The translations under genes were made by a program, and so were the position numbers. From the NCBI GenBank assembly GCA_963676835.2, contig CAXXFF010000002.1:1504001-1568000 (forward strand): a DNA stretch of 64,000 nucleotides, read 5' to 3'. Shown piece by piece: positions 57,850 to 64,000 of the stretch. The notes beneath the pieces were generated by a model, which had not been told where the DNA came from, ran no database searches, and worked only from the letters and a program-made list of their open reading frames with translations. Position 1 is the stretch's first letter, and each line of letters begins with the position of its first letter. This DNA is from Marispirochaeta sp. (GTDB lineage Bacteria > Spirochaetota > Spirochaetia > JC444 > Marispirochaetaceae).

Positions 57850-58744
57850 AGTACTTCTCCGTCTTGGCTGTTACTGCATATTTCTCGCTAATGTTTCCGT
57901 TTTCAATCAGCAGGTATGGTCCCCGGGTCTGAAGATTGGTGTAGATAATTATGTGATTCTTTATGCCGATAATATCCCGCCAGATACCGGTAAGGTTGCC
58001 GGTATTCCACATGGGGTTGTGTCCCACAATAAAAGGTGTATCTTCGGGGAGATCCAGCTTGCTCAGCATCTTCCTGATATCATGCTCACCGTACTCTTTC
58101 AGATTCGGATTCCCCCGGAATTCATGGAGACGGTTCCACATAAGCTGACGATAGTAGTCTTCGTTGTCCTTGATATTAACCAGTTCATGGCGTGAACAGC
58201 CGTTCCTGATTGGCCCTGCATGGGTTATTGCATAGCCGTTACCGATTATAAACATGGGCAGGGCTTCAAAAAATTCCGAAACTGCCTCGACATATTCATC
58301 TCCCCTGTGCTCCTCCAGGTGAAGACGAAACTCAAGGCCCTGTTTTATGGCACTTTTTGCCAGCCGTTCTTCGAAGGTGTCATGATTCCCGCGGATATAG
58401 ATTAGGTTGTGTTTGTACTGCAGGATCAGGTTGAAAACCTCTTCAAGTACCTGCAGGGACGACGCCATCTCCCGCATTTCACCGGTCTGGTCATTATGAA
58501 CACCGTCGCCGATTATGATTATCCGTAATTTACCTGCATCAAGTTGTTTGCGGTTATCTTCATGCTCAATAATAGCTTTCAGGTTATCCAGTGCACCATG
58601 GAGGTCTCCGATTACTATAACCGGCCGTTTATCCTTTGAAAAATCGAGGAGTCCCCCCGGTCGGCCCTGGTCATCTTTGGCTCTGTCCGGGTTGCTCTCG
58701 ACAATTTTTATCACTTTGCGAATCTCAACGGGGCTGATACTCAT
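57842..58744 (-). CDS. Calcineurin-like metallophosphoesterase (PPP-type phosphatase)
   Basis: VIGDLHG, IGDGVH, RGNHD, THAG, VGHNP; AGGAG RBS. Confidence 0.85.
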   Translation of the reverse strand: MSISPVEIRKVIKIVESNPDRAKDDQGRPGGLLDFSKDKRPVIVIGDLHGALDNLKAIIEHEDNRKQLDAGKLRIIIIGDGVHNDQTGEMREMASSLQVLEEVFNLILQYKHNLIYIRGNHDTFEERLAKSAIKQGLEFRLHLEEHRGDEYVEAVSEFFEALPMFIIGNGYAITHAGPIRNGCSRHELVNIKDNEDYYRQLMWNRLHEFRGNPNLKEYGEHDIRKMLSKLDLPEDTPFIVGHNPMWNTGNLTGIWRDIIGIKNHIIIYTNLQTRGPYLLIENGNISEKYAVTAKTEKYYV

Positions 58745-58759
58745 GGTTAATCTCCTGGA

Positions 58760-59482
58760 TTAATTATTAGAGATTTTTCCGGCGAAATCAAAAAAATCTT
58801 CCGCCGGCCGTACCTCCCTGGATTCACGGTTCAATCTTACCAGGAGAACTTCTGGAATAGTGTCTTTCAGTGACTTTGTGTTATCGAAGAATGCATCCCG
58901 CATATTGAAGGCCAGACGGGAAATACCCGCTTTATGAGGTGTGTAATCCATCTGGCCCAGCTTTGTCATCCTGTCGAAAATCTCAAGTATAAGCGAGTTG
59001 GTTGCATCTAACTGATCTTTATCTTCATCCAGGAATTTTCCTATATTCTGCAGGTCTGCTACTTCAATCGGGTAGATGTCATAGCCTGTATCCGGTTTGT
59101 GGTAGGTATATTCAACGGTGCCGAGAACCGCCAGCAGTACTTTTTCATAGATCTGTCCCGGATGCCAGGATGAGATGAGCTCCAGGGCATGGCGGATAAG
59201 GTATGCATTCGGGCGTATGGATGAAAACAGGAGCCTAGGGTCCCGGTCTTCAAGCAGTTCATCGACAACCCATTTGTTGTTGGTCTCAATAATTTTTAAA
59301 AAGAGTAGATAGTTCCTTGATGTTATTCCCACATGGCCAAGATATTTGGCGAATGCCATGCTGGAACCCACCTGTATGGGAGAGGATACACCAAAGATTC
59401 CTTCCAGTATGATCTGTCGATTCTGCATGATAATTTCGTCGAAATCAAACGACAGGTAATCACCGCCCATTAATATCCCCAA
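58760..59482 (-). CDS. Unknown-family protein, paralog 4 of 5
   Basis: FAKYL, NYLLFL, NKWVVD, DRDP, WHPGQIYEK, NIGKFL, FFDNTKSL, IPEVLL; start is TTG 59482 or ATG 59470. Confidence 0.88.
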   Translation of the reverse strand: MGILMGGDYLSFDFDEIIMQNRQIILEGIFGVSSPIQVGSSMAFAKYLGHVGITSRNYLLFLKIIETNNKWVVDELLEDRDPRLLFSSIRPNAYLIRHALELISSWHPGQIYEKVLLAVLGTVEYTYHKPDTGYDIYPIEVADLQNIGKFLDEDKDQLDATNSLILEIFDRMTKLGQMDYTPHKAGISRLAFNMRDAFFDNTKSLKDTIPEVLLVRLNRESREVRPAEDFFDFAGKISNN

Positions 59483-59604
59483 AAAATCCTTCTGTTCCCT
59501 ATCATATCCAAATAGGAGTATATAAAATAAGTATCATGGATATCATTCCTGATAGCAAGATATGGAATTCACTATTTTTCCGGGCTTTCCGGTAAGGTAT
59601 ATCA

Positions 59605-61440
59605 GTGAATAACAGCCCTTCCTGGGAGCAGCAGCTCGAAGACATCTACCAGTTTGCCCGGCTTCACCACTGGGTAAGCCAGCTGAATGAGCTGATTGAG
59701 CAGTTTGTCGGTGAGTTCTCACAAAATTATAATGAAATCTCCCGCAAGATACATGCCAGTCATCTGTCAGGGCAGCAGAACCCGGCGGACAGTCTTGTTT
59801 CTCTTGTTTTGCTGCATAAATTTCAGACACCGGTCCTCGAAATTACCGAGAAGCTGTTTCATCTGCTTTATGGAAAGCTTGACAGTAAGGATCAGCAGTT
59901 TCTTATTCTCCATTTTTTCAAAGGAATGCTCCCTCTTTCCACTGATGACAGTCATGAGATAATAATCCGCTCATTTATCTCCTATAAAAGGGCAATATTT
60001 CGTGGAATGCAGATTGAAAATCTTGTTTCCAACGTGAATCCCGCAGAAACAGCTCTGTTTTTTACGGTGCTGATCTGCAGAGTAGATGTCCACACCCAGA
60101 ACCGTGCTTTAATAAACCTGCTTCTCTACAGAATTGAGGCGAGGCTCCCGGAAAATGTCCTTCAGGGGGTATTGGTGTACCTCAAGAAGCTCAGACAGGT
60201 TATATACGAGGTCTATACCCGGGGAGAGAAGGTTCTCTCCGATGAGTTGAATATTTCCGAAGAGCCTGATCTGCTTCAGATCGAAGATGATGCCCTCATG
60301 GATACCGCCGGTGTGTATGAGGCGGAAGAAGAGCCCCCTCATGATCTGTCTTTACCGGAAAAAGCGGCTGGATCGACGGCATCCGGTAAATCCGGCAGTT
60401 CAAGTCTTGAGCCTTCGAATGATGATTCAGGTGGACGGACTGCCGGGGAGAAGCCCGGAGGCATGGATAACCCCCGGGAAACAAGTGTCAGATCGCCGGA
60501 AAGTGACATGGCTGCTGATCGTGGGCGGGGAGAACCCACGAGGGGGCAGGAACATGTCCGCCAGGGGGAAGGCTTTGCGGCGGCTGCTTTTGCACAGGAT
60601 ACGACAAACCTGCAGACCCATGGGTCTGCGGATAATACGGGTTCTTCGGGAGATTTTGATGGATTAACCGCATCCGTAAATGGTCCAGCCTCCGGAGCAC
60701 TGGACGGAGCGGTTCTCCAGGAACCGGAAACCGGTGACAACAATATATTTCAGGTGGCGTTTAACCGGAGCATCGAAAAGCTCCTTGATCTTCTCGGGGA
60801 TGCTGGAGAGCTTCCAGTCGGGGAAGAGGCCCTTCTTAACGATGAAACAGACATGAAGTCAGAGGGTGGAACCGGGGAAAGTAACATGGAAAAGCCCCAT
60901 GCCCACAGAGCTGAGCAGAAGGGGGCTCCTGCAGCTTCGGGTCCTGCACGGTCAGGACAGAAAAAGCGTTTCGGCATTGGAATCCTTATTTCCCTGGGCG
61001 CTATCGTACTGCTGTCTGTTGTTCTTTTTGTTGCCCTCGGACAAGGGCACAGTTCCGAGCCTGTCGCGGCCGCTCCGGCGCCGGCGGTAACTGCCCCTGC
61101 TGCAGAGCCGAAACCTGTTCTTCCGGAGATTGTCAGTGAACTGCGGCAGTTGCCTGATGAGCAGACTTCATCTGTAGCATCGGAAGGTATCGGGGGAAAC
61201 AGTATCAATCCCGATATCAAGGTGGAAGATGGTAACTTTCTCTGGCGTGTGCAGGAGGGGGAGTCGGTCTGGAAGATGTATATCTTTGCCAGAGGGGGCT
61301 CTGGAATCTTTAAACTGTCCGTCGATGTAAGCTGGGGAGATTTTCTTGAAATGTTCAGAAATCTTAATCCCATGCTGCGCAATCCGGATGTAATTTATCC
61401 CGACAATCTGCTGCGGCTCCCTGGAAACGATGCTATATAA
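59605..61440 (+). CDS. Bitopic membrane protein with C-terminal LysM-like domain
   Basis: Helical N-terminal domain, acidic disordered linker, KKR followed by a TM helix, Pro/Ala linker, WRVQEGESVWK...NLNPMLRNPDVIYPDNLLRLP. Confidence 0.75.
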   Translation: MNNSPSWEQQLEDIYQFARLHHWVSQLNELIEQFVGEFSQNYNEISRKIHASHLSGQQNPADSLVSLVLLHKFQTPVLEITEKLFHLLYGKLDSKDQQFLILHFFKGMLPLSTDDSHEIIIRSFISYKRAIFRGMQIENLVSNVNPAETALFFTVLICRVDVHTQNRALINLLLYRIEARLPENVLQGVLVYLKKLRQVIYEVYTRGEKVLSDELNISEEPDLLQIEDDALMDTAGVYEAEEEPPHDLSLPEKAAGSTASGKSGSSSLEPSNDDSGGRTAGEKPGGMDNPRETSVRSPESDMAADRGRGEPTRGQEHVRQGEGFAAAAFAQDTTNLQTHGSADNTGSSGDFDGLTASVNGPASGALDGAVLQEPETGDNNIFQVAFNRSIEKLLDLLGDAGELPVGEEALLNDETDMKSEGGTGESNMEKPHAHRAEQKGAPAASGPARSGQKKRFGIGILISLGAIVLLSVVLFVALGQGHSSEPVAAAPAPAVTAPAAEPKPVLPEIVSELRQLPDEQTSSVASEGIGGNSINPDIKVEDGNFLWRVQEGESVWKMYIFARGGSGIFKLSVDVSWGDFLEMFRNLNPMLRNPDVIYPDNLLRLPGNDAI

Positions 61441-62002
61441 GCAGTCCGTGAGGAATAACCGACTCCAGTCCTTTGGTGGTATCCAGGGCGGCATCCCTGA
61501 TTTTCGCCGCAACCAGAGAAACTCCGCCATATTCACGTGAGGGAAGGGCTGTAACAGCTTCCATTATCCCGGTGATAAACCGCTCCGCCGTCTCATCCTG
61601 CAAAAGCAGATATTTTGCTGTGTGGTAAAGCTCCTGGGCTGTCAGGGGATGTATTTTCATGCCGTTTGCAGGATGTGTGTAAACAGATGCCAGAGTACCG
61701 GTACAGGCATAAACAACCCTCCGGTCTGTTTCTCCGGCTCTCCGGCTGCTGAGCAGATCAAGAATCGATGCCACCAGCCTTCTGTCAGGTGTTACAGGCG
61801 AAAAGAGTGACTCCGGTGTTCTTTTTTTAAAAACAGCATCCAGAACTTCTTTATCGTTCAGGGACAATACCTTGAGGTACATGTGCAGGGTTTCAGCATT
61901 TACGGGCAGATTGGACAGGTATGCTGCAAAGCCTCTGGCGCCTTCTATGGCTGCCTGTGTTCCCGATTCAAGCATCTGATTAAGCAGGTCCGACTGATTC
62001 AT
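61433..62002 (-). CDS. Unknown-family protein, divergent paralog 5 of 5
   Basis: FAAYL, YLKVL..NDKEVLD, YTHPANG, AKYL, IRDAALDTTKGL..VIPHGLL; GAAGGAG RBS favours ATG 62002. Confidence 0.8.
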   Translation of the reverse strand: MNQSDLLNQMLESGTQAAIEGARGFAAYLSNLPVNAETLHMYLKVLSLNDKEVLDAVFKKRTPESLFSPVTPDRRLVASILDLLSSRRAGETDRRVVYACTGTLASVYTHPANGMKIHPLTAQELYHTAKYLLLQDETAERFITGIMEAVTALPSREYGGVSLVAAKIRDAALDTTKGLESVIPHGLLI

Positions 62003-62190
62003 ATATGCTCCTTCCGGCCCAATCATAGTCTATCCCCGGAGATATTGCAAAAAAACTCTAATTCATACTATTCCGGATCTGTAAAGAAAAAAGTTTAAAA
62101 AAACGAAGAAAGTACTTGATAATTTTTTATCGATAAATTATTATCGTATTATCAATTCTGATTAGGGATTTATTCCCGGGAGCGAGAGCG

Positions 62191-62604
62191 ATGAATAAAT
62201 TATCGTATCTGGTTATTACAGTAGTTTTAGTTCTGGCGGCTGCAGGATGCAGCACCCGGCCCTTTACACCTGGCAGTTACATTGGAACAGCACCGGGTAT
62301 GCTCGGCAATGATGTTGTTGTCGATGTTTTGGTAGATGCGTGGAGTATCAAATCCATCAAGATTATTCGATATAACGAGCCCTTGAAGGCATCGAGTGTA
62401 GCTTTTGAGAGTATTCCGAAAGCAATTATTGAGGGACAGAGCCTTGATGTAGCTCCGGTTCCTGGTGCACTTGGATCAAGCAGGGCAATTATCAATGCAG
62501 TAGCAAATGCACTGCATAGCGCAAGTTCTGATTATGGACTTGCAGGTTCAGAAAGGTTTTTTCCGGCAGCTTCTGCCGATGGGACAGTGGCTGTTCTGGA
62601 ATAA
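62191..62604 (+). CDS. FMN-binding-domain lipoprotein
   Basis: Lipobox AAGC, PGSYIGTAPG, IPKAIIEGQSLDV..VPGALGSSRAI..AV..AL; the usual SGAT flavinylation Thr is not present (PGAL). Confidence 0.72.
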   Translation: MNKLSYLVITVVLVLAAAGCSTRPFTPGSYIGTAPGMLGNDVVVDVLVDAWSIKSIKIIRYNEPLKASSVAFESIPKAIIEGQSLDVAPVPGALGSSRAIINAVANALHSASSDYGLAGSERFFPAASADGTVAVLE

Positions 62605-62623
62605 CAGGCCGTGTAGAATATCA

Positions 62624-62663
62624 GGCCCGGAGATGCGTTGCATTTCCGGGCCCTCTTTTTTTT
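62624..62663 (+). terminator. Intrinsic terminator
   Basis: GGCCCGGAGATGC-GTT-GCATTTCCGGGCC followed by a T-tract. Confidence 0.75.
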
Positions 62664-62697
62664 GTTTTCTTTGTTTTTTCAGTTTAACTTTACTTTC

Positions 62698-63231
62698 TCA
62701 GACATCAGCCATAATATCTTTATTCATTCCAACAAAGGTTTCCACCATAATTGTTGTTGCCTCATCAATCAGCTCGGACTGCTCTTCGGCAGAGAGGCTT
62801 TCGGGGCAGGCGACAATGGTGAACACAGGTGATGTTTTGCTGATTGGACTTTTACTGAAGCTGAGACATTTGTCCGTTTCAGCATTCTCGGCCATTACGC
62901 AGCCTTCCCGGGTAATGGACGCAGGAACATCATTACGGAAACCGATACTGGTGTAATCAATCTTACGCTTCCCATCCACAAGGGGGCCGATGGATACAAG
63001 TGATCCTGAATAGGTCAGAGCCAGGGCTCCGCGCTCGTCGTCAGCGGCAAAGCTTCCGACTTCATCCATACCCATCTCGATCATTGATTCATCAAAGGCC
63101 TCTTTTTTCTCGATCCATCCGGCACCCAGCCGTGCAATGGTATCCTCGTCCGCTTCCAGGCCGAAAGACTCGGCAACTTCGTTAAGGTGTTTGTTGATAA
63201 TTTCAGGCAGTTCAGTCATGGTAACGTCCAT
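62698..63231 (-). CDS. Acidic hypothetical protein
   Basis: GGAGG RBS before ATG 63231; LTYSGSL, YTSIGFR.DVP. Confidence 0.75.
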   Translation of the reverse strand: MDVTMTELPEIINKHLNEVAESFGLEADEDTIARLGAGWIEKKEAFDESMIEMGMDEVGSFAADDERGALALTYSGSLVSIGPLVDGKRKIDYTSIGFRNDVPASITREGCVMAENAETDKCLSFSKSPISKTSPVFTIVACPESLSAEEQSELIDEATTIMVETFVGMNKDIMADV

Positions 63232-63344
63232 GGTATCCTCCGTTATTTCTTGAAATAAGTTACCTAATAGATATATCCTTTGATCCGTTTGCGGTATGTG
63301 CCGTTTGGTATGTTTTTTCAGATAAGCGGTGGTATAAAATAAGT

Positions 63345-63920
63345 ATGTCAGTTTCAAGCAGCAGATCCGGTTCCCGCTGGTTCCTGAAAGGACGCCTTGC
63401 CGACGGGTCTCCCTGGACAATTCCCATCCGGGATCCCCGTTTTCTCATAGGACGCTCTGCGGAATGCAGTCTGATCCTCGATTCCATGGAAGTTTCCCGG
63501 CGTCATGCCTCGATCAACACGGCAGAAGGCAGTCTATATATCAACGATCTCGGCAGTCAGAATGGAACTTTCCTGAATGGTGCAGCCCTTGATTCCACCC
63601 GTCCGCTGGAAAACCGGGATATTCTGAAAATAGGCAATCATGAGTTTATGGTATGCGAAACTGAGAAAAAACGGGTGGAAGCGGTTCAAACCATTGTTGA
63701 GGAAGCGTGCAGTAACAGCTTTGCCGCACGGTTCGGCCTGTCTGCCCGGGAAGAAGAGATTCTATACCTGCTTATTCATGGCGACTCAATGCAGGAGATT
63801 GCACGGAAGCTTTATATTTCTCCGGGGACAGCCAAGAATCATGTCCTGAAGATCTATAAAAAGACAGACTGTCATTCAAAGATAGAAATTGCAAATGCCT
63901 ACCGGGAATATACGGGATAG
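63345..63920 (+). CDS. FHA-domain + LuxR-type HTH transcriptional regulator
   Basis: FHA motifs IGR, VSRRHA, DLGSQNGTFLNG; HTH LSAREEEIL...IARKLYIS.GTAKNHV..IYKK. Confidence 0.9.
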   Translation: MSVSSSRSGSRWFLKGRLADGSPWTIPIRDPRFLIGRSAECSLILDSMEVSRRHASINTAEGSLYINDLGSQNGTFLNGAALDSTRPLENRDILKIGNHEFMVCETEKKRVEAVQTIVEEACSNSFAARFGLSAREEEILYLLIHGDSMQEIARKLYISPGTAKNHVLKIYKKTDCHSKIEIANAYREYTG

Positions 63921-64000
63921 TCTCCGGGATTTATTCGTTGCCGCAGTGGTCAAACTCCATGCCGGTAAGCTCGCTTATGGTATGCATACTGGTCTGAGAA

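Noticed and set aside
63931..64000. 3' end of a minus-strand gene at the window edge
   Set aside because: Only 22 codons are visible, with no recognisable motif.

Overview
Bacterial chromosomal window, probably from a free-living anaerobic spirochaete (inferred from CheX, an 'AGGQAE'-type export signal and the overall gene set; not proven). It has four parts. (1) 1-19.1 kb: a co-directional anaerobic purine/urate catabolism cluster (ygfK, ssnA, ygeY, ygfM-xdhD, ygeW, a second Mo-hydroxylase set, a deaminase and two PLP enzymes), punctuated by REP-like palindromes. (2) 19.2-38 kb: an accessory patchwork, visibly AT-richer in places, with toxin-antitoxin pairs, a WYL regulator, a diguanylate cyclase and lipoproteins; two inserted blocks are each followed by an orphan, diverged copy of the preceding gene's 3' end. 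(3) 38-52 kb: a membrane-bound CheW-less CheA-like kinase with CheX and CheY, agmatine catabolism genes and assorted small genes. (4) 52.3-63.9 kb, the most interesting part: five mutually homologous ~190-260 aa proteins of a family I cannot name, clustered with an atypical HipA/PI3K-like kinase, a PPP-type phosphatase, a pseudokinase with MinD-like amphipathic helices, a membrane-anchored LysM-like protein and an FHA-LuxR regulator. This is a candidate undescribed phosphorylation-controlled, envelope-anchored protein assembly. I recognised no rRNA, tRNA, CRISPR array, integrase or transposase. All calls are from motif reading by eye; no database searches were run.
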